Source: Gemmatimonas sp. (GTDB lineage: Bacteria; Gemmatimonadota; Gemmatimonadetes; Gemmatimonadales; Gemmatimonadaceae). Taken from it: 64,000 nt of DNA. The notes under the pieces are model-generated. The model was not told where the DNA came from and searched no databases. It worked only from the letters and a program-made list of their open reading frames with translations. Position numbers and translations under genes: made by a program. Positions 56,333 through 64,000 of this stretch are shown here, in pieces. The stretch covers positions 175,448 through 239,447 of the forward strand of contig JANNVQ010000029.1 in assembly GCA_031414535.1 (NCBI GenBank), in the 5' to 3' direction. Numbering within the stretch: the first letter of the stretch is position 1; each line of letters starts with the position of its first letter.

Positions 56333-57436
56333 TTAGCCGTGCGGATCCGCCACACGCGTAAGCCGCGCCAACAGCGCGAGCGCGCCCGGCACCGCCGACA
56401 GACCAACCATCGCGGCGAGTCGGCCCATTGGCCGCCGCGCCATCCGTAGCCCCGCCATCGCCAGCCGCACTGGGCGCCGCGTCTTCATCAACAATGCGCG
56501 CTGGTACTCCGCGGCCGTTGCGCCTTGGGAGAGCAGCGCCGCCGCCAAGCGTCCTGATTCGAGCGCGATGGCCATGCCATCGCCACAGAAGCTGGGAATC
56601 ACCGCGGCCTGATCGCCCAGTCGCCACAGCCCATCGTCCGAGGCCTGAGCCAGATGGCCATAGGGCACACGCGAAATCGCCAGCGGGCGCGGCAACAATG
56701 CCTCAGCGTCGGCGAGCGCAGCCAGCGCCGGTTCTCTGCACAGCCGTTCCAGCAGGGCCGGCCAACTCCCCAGCGCGCGGTAGTGCGCGCCGTCAATCAG
56801 CAGACACAGGTTGAGCCGCGCCCCCTCCACCGGTTGCAACCCGGCATAGCCGCCCTCGAAGAAGGTTACCGCAACAGTGCCGGCCAAACGTCGGGAGATG
56901 GCATCATCACGGAAGTACATCTTGAAGCCGATTTCATCCGGTCCATCAGGGCGCGGTGCTCCGCGCACATCGTGCTTGCCGCTGGCTAGGAGCAACGCCG
57001 ATGCCGGAATCTCGCCCTCAGTCGTGTGTGCCACGCTCTGCCCAGCCCCGCGTACTGTGCCCTCACGCACAGTCACTTCACGCACCGTCACGCCGCGCTG
57101 CACCTTCACTCCCACTGCCGCCGCCTGCTCCAGCACCGCCACATCGAGCACTCGTCGCGACAGACTCAGCGCCGGGAACGGTAGCTTCGCTGATGCGTGG
57201 CGATGACCAGCGTGAATCTCCACACGGGTCATCGGCACCGCACCAAGACCGCGCGCGTCCACGCCAAGCGCGGCCAGCGCCGCGACCGCCTCGCCGCTTA
57301 AGAATTCGCCGCAGATTTTGTCGTGCGCGCCGGTCTCCCGCTCGAGCAATAGCGGTGCGAGACCAGCGCGCGCGAGATCAATGCCCGCCGCGGCCCCCGC
57401 GAGCCCGCCGCCAACAATCACCGGCGAGGAATTCAT
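56333..57436 (-). CDS. FAD-dependent oxidoreductase/monooxygenase (geranylgeranyl reductase-like)
   Basis: IVGGGLAG, KICGEFLS, LGDQAAVIPSFCGDGMA. Confidence 0.88.
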   Translation of the reverse strand: MNSSPVIVGGGLAGAAAGIDLARAGLAPLLLERETGAHDKICGEFLSGEAVAALAALGVDARGLGAVPMTRVEIHAGHRHASAKLPFPALSLSRRVLDVAVLEQAAAVGVKVQRGVTVREVTVREGTVRGAGQSVAHTTEGEIPASALLLASGKHDVRGAPRPDGPDEIGFKMYFRDDAISRRLAGTVAVTFFEGGYAGLQPVEGARLNLCLLIDGAHYRALGSWPALLERLCREPALAALADAEALLPRPLAISRVPYGHLAQASDDGLWRLGDQAAVIPSFCGDGMAIALESGRLAAALLSQGATAAEYQRALLMKTRRPVRLAMAGLRMARRPMGRLAAMVGLSAVPGALALLARLTRVADPHG

Positions 57437-58161
57437 CTACCACCTGACGCAACCGTCCAGCGAAACGGGAGATGCCAGCGCACCTTGCCCTTCACTCCGG
57501 CGCTGCCAAGCAAGCGCGCCCAGTCCGAGCGCGTGAACGCACGCCGCACCGACAGCGCGCCATCATGCGCGACAATCGGATGCCACCCGAACACCGCCGC
57601 CAGCGCACGAAATCCAATCCACGCCGCCCAATGCCGGTGCAAATCATTCACCAACCACCCCACCTTCGCCGAGCCGTCCATCCATTTCAGAAACGCCACC
57701 AACTCATCATCGGCCATGTGATGCGCGACCAACGACGAGATGATGAAATCCGGCTCCCACTCCAACAACTCGGCGCGTCCAGTCAAATACCGAATGCCAA
57801 GTGAAGCTTCAGTCGCGGCCGCCGCTACCGGAGCCGAGCGCGGATTGAGATCAATACCAACCAGCTCGGCATGGATGCCGTTCTGATGCGCCCAGCGCGC
57901 AATGCTGCGCAGCATGTCGCCGTGTCCGAAGCCGACATCAAGTAATCGGAAGGCCGTGCGGCCCTTGCACTGCCGCTTGAGCCAAGCAAGTGTGGGCGGT
58001 TGCGCACGCGTGATTCTGTTCACGCGCGCCAAATCAGCGATCACGTCCGCGTACACATCCGGCGCGAGCCCGTCATCATCCATAATTTCCGGCAACTCCT
58101 CGCGCCGCGCAAAATCCACGGGCTTGCGTGGCCAATCAGCCGGAATCACAAACGCGGTCAC
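57433..58161 (-). CDS. SAM-dependent methyltransferase
   Basis: EIMDD, LLDVGFGHGD, GIDLN, SLVAHH, NDLHR, HDGALSVRRAF. Confidence 0.88.
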   Translation of the reverse strand: MTAFVIPADWPRKPVDFARREELPEIMDDDGLAPDVYADVIADLARVNRITRAQPPTLAWLKRQCKGRTAFRLLDVGFGHGDMLRSIARWAHQNGIHAELVGIDLNPRSAPVAAAATEASLGIRYLTGRAELLEWEPDFIISSLVAHHMADDELVAFLKWMDGSAKVGWLVNDLHRHWAAWIGFRALAAVFGWHPIVAHDGALSVRRAFTRSDWARLLGSAGVKGKVRWHLPFRWTVASGGR

Positions 58162-59258
58162 GCACCGACCGTTTCAAAGCGAAAGCTCTCCGCCGCAAGC
58201 CCCGGCCCAAAGGCCACCGCAAAGCCAGGCGCGCCGCGCGGGACGTTCGTGCCGATGTCGGCCATCAGCCGTTGCATCACGAACATCAGTGTCGCGCTGC
58301 TCATGTTGCCGCATTCACGCAGCACCTCACGCGACCGATGGAGCGCGTCACCCCCGAGACCGAGCCCCGTCTCCACCGCATCAAGAATCGCGCGTCCGCC
58401 GCCATGCACGGCCCACACTCCGAAATCGCTCGGGGAACGTCCGTGCAGCAGATCAACTCCCGCCGGCCCCGCCAGCGCGCGTTGCAGGATGATTGGCACT
58501 TGGCCCGATAGCACCATATCAAACCCTTGATCGCCCACACCCCAAGTAATGGCCTCAGCGGAATCAGCGATCGTGGCGGCACGGAAATCGGTGAGTGCTA
58601 CGCCGTGCGCGTCAGCCGAGACGAGCGCTGCCGAACAGCCATCGCCAAACAACAGCATGGCGAGCAGGCTCTCGATGTTGCCCGTTTGTTGAAAGTGCAG
58701 GCTGCAGAGTTCGAGGTTCACCACGAGCACGCGCGATGCTGAGTCAGAGCGCACGAAGTGATGTGCCAACCGCAGCGAGTTCACGGCGGCATAGCAGCCC
58801 ATGAAGCCGACATGCGTGCGCTCCACACTCGGATTCAAGCCGAGTCGCTGTACCAAGATTTGATCAATGCCCGGCGCGACCATGCCCGTGCAACTGGCGA
58901 CCACGAGATGGGTGATGCGCGCCAACTCCGTCGCAGACATGCCCAACCCAGCAATCGCCTGCTCGGCGAGTCCAGGCGCGGTTGCCGCGAAGCGCGCCAT
59001 GCGCCGTGAGGTGGTCGGGAATGCACCTGGGCGATAGAACCCTTCGGCGTCCACCGTGAACCCATCGGGGTCCTTCACCGGAGTGACGAAGCTCCATCGG
59101 TGATCAATCGCCGCGCGGCCGACGAGGCGACGGAAGATTAGTTGGTCGCGGCGCTCTGTGATGAGCTTGCCGACAAACTCAACGAAGGCCTCATGCACAT
59201 CATTGGGCGGCAGCGCGGTGCCGATGCGGTTGATATGCGCGACTGCGGGGGCGGCCAT
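58158..59258 (-). CDS. Type III polyketide synthase
   Basis: ASCTG, GFMGC (Cys), ELCSLH, LFGDG, AVHGGG (His), GNMSS (Asn), AFGPG. Confidence 0.95.
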   Translation of the reverse strand: MAAPAVAHINRIGTALPPNDVHEAFVEFVGKLITERRDQLIFRRLVGRAAIDHRWSFVTPVKDPDGFTVDAEGFYRPGAFPTTSRRMARFAATAPGLAEQAIAGLGMSATELARITHLVVASCTGMVAPGIDQILVQRLGLNPSVERTHVGFMGCYAAVNSLRLAHHFVRSDSASRVLVVNLELCSLHFQQTGNIESLLAMLLFGDGCSAALVSADAHGVALTDFRAATIADSAEAITWGVGDQGFDMVLSGQVPIILQRALAGPAGVDLLHGRSPSDFGVWAVHGGGRAILDAVETGLGLGGDALHRSREVLRECGNMSSATLMFVMQRLMADIGTNVPRGAPGFAVAFGPGLAAESFRFETVGA

Positions 59259-59299
59259 CGCAAAATCTCATTGATGTGGGGGCGCAGGAGTGCGCGGAC

Positions 59300-59329
59300 G
59301 ATGCCTATGAGGGAAAGGCCCTCGGCATC
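59300..59329. terminator. Stem-loop between kinase 3 and the PKS gene
   Basis: GATGCC-tat-GAGGG-aaagg-CCCTC-GGCATC; no U tract. Confidence 0.35.
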
Positions 59330-59347
59330 AGCACGGTTCCCTGAACG

Positions 59348-61948
59348 CTACTGTTGCGTCATCGCCTCGCGCCACCGCTGCTCCCAATTGAGCACCAAGA
59401 ACTGCTCACGCCGCTCGGCGCCCAGCTGCCGCACCACCACGAACTGTTGGCCATCTCGCCGCACATCCCAGAGCTGTTCGTACAGCCCGGTGATGGCCGG
59501 CACCACCGCAACGAGCGATGGTTTGCCAATGAGTGGTGATTCTGACCCACTCACGCGGAGCACAAAGACCGAGTCGCGGTTGCGATAGAACAGCTCGCCA
59601 TTCGGTCCCCAGCGCGGCTCGGCACCACCGCCCCGCGTCACCACCCAGCGGGGGCCGTTGGGTTCAAGGCGACAGAGAAGCACCTCGGTGCCACCCGACT
59701 CGTTGGAGGTGAAGGCGAGCCACTTGCCGTCCTGCGAGAGGGCGATGCCGCGCTCGTCCCAATTGGATACGCGCACCGGCTGCGACTCAGACGGACGGTC
59801 GAGCGATGCCATCCGGATATCGCGCCCAGAAGTTGGCGCATCCTCACGCCAGACGAGCGTGCGCCCGTCGGGAGAGATTGCCAGCTCGTAGATTGGATTG
59901 GTCTGCTCAAGCAGAGTGGTCGGTGTGCCACCACCCTCCGCAGCGATGCTAGTGATGCTCGTGCGGCCCGCGCGACGAGTCACCGTCAGCAAGGAGCGAC
60001 CATCCGGTGTCCACTGCTGTGCGTACACGAGTGAATCGGACCCGGCCCACTGTCCTGTGCCGCGTGTTAGGTCAGTGAGCCAGAGCGGGCCTTGGTTGCC
60101 TGATGATCTCAGCGCGCTAATCCGGCTTCCATCAGGTGAGTAGCGCGGTCCGCGGTACGCCGCGCGCTGCGGTACTGCAGGCGTGACACGTCCGTCGCGT
60201 CCCACGAGGATGAGTTCACGGTCCGACGTGCCCGCGAATCGGAGGACGAGCAGGCTCCCTGATCGGGATGCCGCGAAGTTCACGACATCGCTTGGCCCTG
60301 CGGCGCCGAGCACCTCGCGTCGCTCCCCCGCGGTCTTTCGGCCACCGGAGGCGAGTGGGATTCCCCACAGGCGTCCCGCTTCGGTGAACAGAAGCACATC
60401 ACCCACGACCCGCAGGCGCGTTAGCCCGCTCAGTGGACCATACAGCGAGTCAATCTGCTGCCCATCCTTGCTGATGGCGACGAAGAGTCCCTGTCCTCCG
60501 CGATTGGCACGCGCGATGAGCACACCATCAGAAGCCGCAGCCAGCTGCACAATCGCGATGCTGTCCGGCGAGTCGCTTTTCACCAGCGCCTGTGATGAAC
60601 CACTCAGCCGGTATTGCGTTGCGCCACCGTCCTGGGTGGAGATTACAAGCGCGTCGTTGGACACCCAGGCCAATCCTCTTGGCAGTCTACCCGATGCCAG
60701 CGTGCGCACCGCCGACGAGTTGAGATCCTGGACGATGAGCGACAGCGTTGCCACATCGACGTACGCCAAGTGGCGACCATCGGGCGAGAAGGCGACGGAC
60801 ACAACCGGCCCGGGATGAACGCTACGTTCCGCGGCGCCAACCAGCGAGCGCAACACGAGGATAGGAAGACCCGCCGAGTCGACGCTGCCCGCAACGAAGC
60901 TCAGTCCGTCCGGACTCATCGCCAGTGTCCCAGTGCTCGGCGGCATCGGCACTAGCTGGAACGCCGCGCCCTCTCTGCTCGACTCGCGATTGCCTACCTG
61001 TAAAACCAACGCCACTGCGAGTGCCGACGCCAAGGCCCAGGGCGCGAGACGCAACGCCATCGCCGCGCGCGTCGGAACAAATGCGGCACGCCGCGCACCA
61101 GACGACACGCTCGTCGCAGACGTGCTTTCGAGCGCCGCCGAGAACGCCGCCGCCGTCGCATGTCGGTCAGCGGGGAGCTTGGCGAGCGCGGTGAGCACCG
61201 CTTCCTCCACCGACTCCGGCACAGTATCACGCAGCGTATGCAACGGCGTCGGCTTCTCGTTGAGCACCTTGGCCACAATCGCCTGGACGCTGCTGCCAAT
61301 GAACGGCGCGTCTCCAGCCAGCATCTCGTAGAGCACCGCACCAAGCGCATAGATGTCACTGCGCGCATCAATCGAGCGCTCGCCCATCGCCTGCTCGGGA
61401 CTCATGTACTGCGGCGTGCCGAGGCTCAATCCCGTCTGCGTCATCCGCTGGCCACCAGCCGTCTGCACCGCGAGCGAGATGCCAAAGTCCGCCACGAGCG
61501 CCGAGCCATCGTGAAGGAGGATGTTCTCCGGCTTGATGTCGCGGTGAATCACGCCCTGCCGATGCGCGTAGTCGAGCGCGCCGGCCACTTCGCGCGCGAT
61601 GCGCAGCGCTTCGGCGATTGGGAGTTGACGCTCGTGCTCGAGGCGCGCGCGCAGCTTCTCGCCCGTCACGAGTGGCATCACGTAGTAGAGCAGTCCCTCA
61701 GCCGCGCCGCTGTCGAGCAACGGGAGGATGTGAGGATGCTGCAGCTTGGCGGTGGTCTTGATCTCGGTGAGGAAGCGCTCCGCGCCCAGCGCGGCACCGA
61801 GATCTGGGTGCAGCACCTTGATGGCAACATCGCGGTCGTGCTTGATGTCGTGGCCAAGGAAGACCGTAGCCATGCCGCCGGCGCCGATTTCGCGGTCCAC
61901 GGTGTAACGGCCGGTGAGGGCGGCGTTGAGTTGGTCGAGCGAGTGCAA
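59348..61948 (-). CDS. Ser/Thr kinase - TM - TolB/PD40-like beta-propeller
   Basis: Complete kinase motifs; TM helix; many SPDG blades; TTG at 61948 preferred, but the start could lie at 62014. Confidence 0.88.
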   Translation of the reverse strand: MHSLDQLNAALTGRYTVDREIGAGGMATVFLGHDIKHDRDVAIKVLHPDLGAALGAERFLTEIKTTAKLQHPHILPLLDSGAAEGLLYYVMPLVTGEKLRARLEHERQLPIAEALRIAREVAGALDYAHRQGVIHRDIKPENILLHDGSALVADFGISLAVQTAGGQRMTQTGLSLGTPQYMSPEQAMGERSIDARSDIYALGAVLYEMLAGDAPFIGSSVQAIVAKVLNEKPTPLHTLRDTVPESVEEAVLTALAKLPADRHATAAAFSAALESTSATSVSSGARRAAFVPTRAAMALRLAPWALASALAVALVLQVGNRESSREGAAFQLVPMPPSTGTLAMSPDGLSFVAGSVDSAGLPILVLRSLVGAAERSVHPGPVVSVAFSPDGRHLAYVDVATLSLIVQDLNSSAVRTLASGRLPRGLAWVSNDALVISTQDGGATQYRLSGSSQALVKSDSPDSIAIVQLAAASDGVLIARANRGGQGLFVAISKDGQQIDSLYGPLSGLTRLRVVGDVLLFTEAGRLWGIPLASGGRKTAGERREVLGAAGPSDVVNFAASRSGSLLVLRFAGTSDRELILVGRDGRVTPAVPQRAAYRGPRYSPDGSRISALRSSGNQGPLWLTDLTRGTGQWAGSDSLVYAQQWTPDGRSLLTVTRRAGRTSITSIAAEGGGTPTTLLEQTNPIYELAISPDGRTLVWREDAPTSGRDIRMASLDRPSESQPVRVSNWDERGIALSQDGKWLAFTSNESGGTEVLLCRLEPNGPRWVVTRGGGAEPRWGPNGELFYRNRDSVFVLRVSGSESPLIGKPSLVAVVPAITGLYEQLWDVRRDGQQFVVVRQLGAERREQFLVLNWEQRWREAMTQQ

Positions 61949-62049
61949 CGAGGGACCTCGGCGGGCGATGGGCGACGGGGGAATCTGCTGTGCGGACGGC
62001 GACTCCGCCAACACGTGCGTCCACGCCGCCCATACCGTACGTTCTCTCC

Positions 62050-64000
62050 ATGCGCCCTCCCCTCACGCGGTGGTCCCGCCGACTCCTACTACTCGCGTCA
62101 CTCGGCGTAGCAGTCGCCATAGCCCCGCGCCCCCTCGCCGCCCAAGCCCGCGAGCTGCACTGGCCCACCATCACGGTCCAAGCCCACCTCGCCGCCGACG
62201 GGCGCCTCCGCGTGCGTGAGGAACAACAGATTCGCTTTGTGGGCGATTGGAACGGCGCCGAGCGGAGTTTCAATGTGCCATTCCAACAGAAGCTATCGGT
62301 GCTCAGTCTTTCACGCATTGACGCAGCGTCTGGGCAGCCCGTGCTGATGAAGGAGGGCAATCTCGACGTTGTCGATGGATATGGCTGGAGCGACGACGGT
62401 AATACCCTCCGCTGGCGCAGCCGACTTCCGAGCGATCCGCCCTTTGATGGGCAGGTCCTCACGTACGTGATCGAGATGGAGTACGAGAACATCCTCGTGA
62501 AGGCGGGCGATGGGTACAGTCTCAATCACGACTTCTCCTTTGCCGACCGCAACGGGCCGATTGATCGCTTTGCGCTCACGCTGACCTTCGATGAGGCCTG
62601 GCGCGTCCCTGAGGGGACCAGCACGACCTACGAAATGAACGCGATGGAGCCGGGGCGTGGGTATGTGGTAATCGTGCCGCTCACCTACGTGGGCGCGGGG
62701 CTGCCTTCGGGAGTTTTTGTCGGCGCGTCGAGCAGCCTGCGCCAGTGGCTCGCGTTCGCGCTCGTGGCGGCCATCATCGCGATGTTTGCTGCTCTTTATC
62801 GCCGCGAGCGCGCACTCGGCCGGTTCGCACCGGTCCAAGCGCGCGCGAGCATCACGCCGCAGTTCATCGAGGAGCAGCTCCTCGTGCATCCGCCGGAACT
62901 GATTGGCGCGATGTGGGACGATCGCACTGCAGCCCCGGAAGTTGCGGCGACGCTAGCGCGGATGGTGTATGACAAGCAACTCACGAGTCGCGTGGAGCGC
63001 ACTAAGGTCTTGTTTTCCTCGCGCGATGTGTTGCACCTCGGGCTCACGGTCTCGCGCGCGAAGCTCGCGCCGCATGAACTCGCGCTCATTGATGCGCTCT
63101 TTGAGCCGGGACGCGAAGCGACGAGCACTGACGAAGTACGTGCGCGCTACAAGAGCAGCGGCTTTGACCCCGCCGCACTCATCAAGCCGATGCTGAACGC
63201 GATGGCCTTGCAGCACGCGCCAAAGCTCGCCAAGGGATCGCACCCGTCGTACAAGCCCACGCTCGCGATCTTCACGGCGGCCCTCGTGACCAGCATCATT
63301 GCACTGGTGCTGCGCGGCGCGGATATCGTGGTGGTTGGGCCCGCCTTCGGCGCAATGCTTCCATTGTTCATTATCGGTGTCATCGTGGCCTCCGTGTGGC
63401 GTAATCGGGTGGCTCGGTTCGCGATGAGTTCGCTGGGTATCCTGATTCCTGTGGCGCTCATTGCGGCGATTGCGGTGACGATGCTGTTCTTGCCCCAGCT
63501 CAACGCGACCGCGGTAGCCTTTCTCGCCGCCACGCTCTGGGCGCTCACCTTCATCAACAGCATCACGATGGCGGCGCGCACGCACGACACGCCCGAGCGG
63601 CTGATTGTGCGCAAACGCCTCTGGGCAATTCGCGATTTCTTGGAGCGCGAGCTGCAGCAAGAGCAGCCGCGGCTCATTGACGCGTGGTTCCCGTACGTCA
63701 TTGCTTTCGGACTCGGTCGCGAGGCGGATAAGTGGTTCAAGGCCTTTGGCGCGGCCACAGCATCGTCTGCGATGTCCGCGACTGCTTTCGGTGGATCGAA
63801 TAGCTCGTCAGGGAGCGGAGGCAGCGGGTGGAGTGGGTTTGGTGGCGGCGGCGGCTTCTCGGGCGCCGGGAGCGGAGGATCGTTCGCGGCGGCTGTGGGC
63901 GGGATGGCGGCATCGGTGCCGGCGCCGAGTTCGAGTTCATCTGGAGGTGGCGGGGGAGGCGGGGGCGGCAGCTCAGGCGGCGGGGGCGGCGGCGGATGGT
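62050..64000 (+). CDS. DUF2207-like membrane protein; stop codon falls at the window edge
   Basis: Not in the ORF track. Reads from ATG 62050: signal peptide, ...DGRLRVREEQ...F.GDWNG.ER..., TM helices, WFPYVIAFGL, Gly/Ser-rich tail ending GGGGW. Confidence 0.82.
   Translation, partial: MRPPLTRWSRRLLLLASLGVAVAIAPRPLAAQARELHWPTITVQAHLAADGRLRVREEQQIRFVGDWNGAERSFNVPFQQKLSVLSLSRIDAASGQPVLMKEGNLDVVDGYGWSDDGNTLRWRSRLPSDPPFDGQVLTYVIEMEYENILVKAGDGYSLNHDFSFADRNGPIDRFALTLTFDEAWRVPEGTSTTYEMNAMEPGRGYVVIVPLTYVGAGLPSGVFVGASSSLRQWLAFALVAAIIAMFAALYRRERALGRFAPVQARASITPQFIEEQLLVHPPELIGAMWDDRTAAPEVAATLARMVYDKQLTSRVERTKVLFSSRDVLHLGLTVSRAKLAPHELALIDALFEPGREATSTDEVRARYKSSGFDPAALIKPMLNAMALQHAPKLAKGSHPSYKPTLAIFTAALVTSIIALVLRGADIVVVGPAFGAMLPLFIIGVIVASVWRNRVARFAMSSLGILIPVALIAAIAVTMLFLPQLNATAVAFLAATLWALTFINSITMAARTHDTPERLIVRKRLWAIRDFLERELQQEQPRLIDAWFPYVIAFGLGREADKWFKAFGAATASSAMSATAFGGSNSSSGSGGSGWSGFGGGGGFSGAGSGGSFAAAVGGMAASVPAPSSSSSGGGGGGGGGSSGGGGGGGW

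Noticed and set aside
63760..64000. GGC-rich low-complexity tract
   Set aside because: It encodes the ordinary Gly/Ser tail of DUF2207-type proteins

Overview
GC-rich, gene-dense bacterial chromosomal window with about 45 CDS. I see no rRNA, tRNA, CRISPR array, integrase or transposase. The host is probably Gemmatimonadota; this is inferred from three paralogous 'DRYRIERELGAGGMATVY'-type Ser/Thr kinases with variable C-terminal domains and from the many exported peptidases. Main blocks: (i) a bciA-like divinyl-(proto)chlorophyllide reductase standing alone among peptidases; (ii) a six-gene minus-strand operon (DUF1028, BNR propeller, DUF885, APC permease, aldo-keto reductase-Rid fusion, Mo-bisPGD oxidoreductase) and, about 6 kb away, NhaC-family transporter / TIGR04076-like protein / a second related AKR, together a candidate uncharacterised catabolic system; (iii) an MscS-CBS-MgtE operon and ppc; (iv) an SQR-TusE-DsrE sulfur-relay operon continued by an unknown exported protein, a FadL channel and an Ig-cupredoxin lipoprotein; (v) an operon of exported enzymes including a motif-permuted four-domain multicopper oxidase and an FG-GAP/MBL/RidA triple fusion; (vi) GH16 and pullulanase; (vii) a class II photolyase-renalase fusion divergent from ArsR-SRPBCC with a visible operator; (viii) a K+ channel gene interrupted by one in-frame TAG at the pore/RCK boundary; (ix) a type III PKS-methyltransferase-flavoenzyme cluster. 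All family calls come from motif recognition by eye; no database searches were run.
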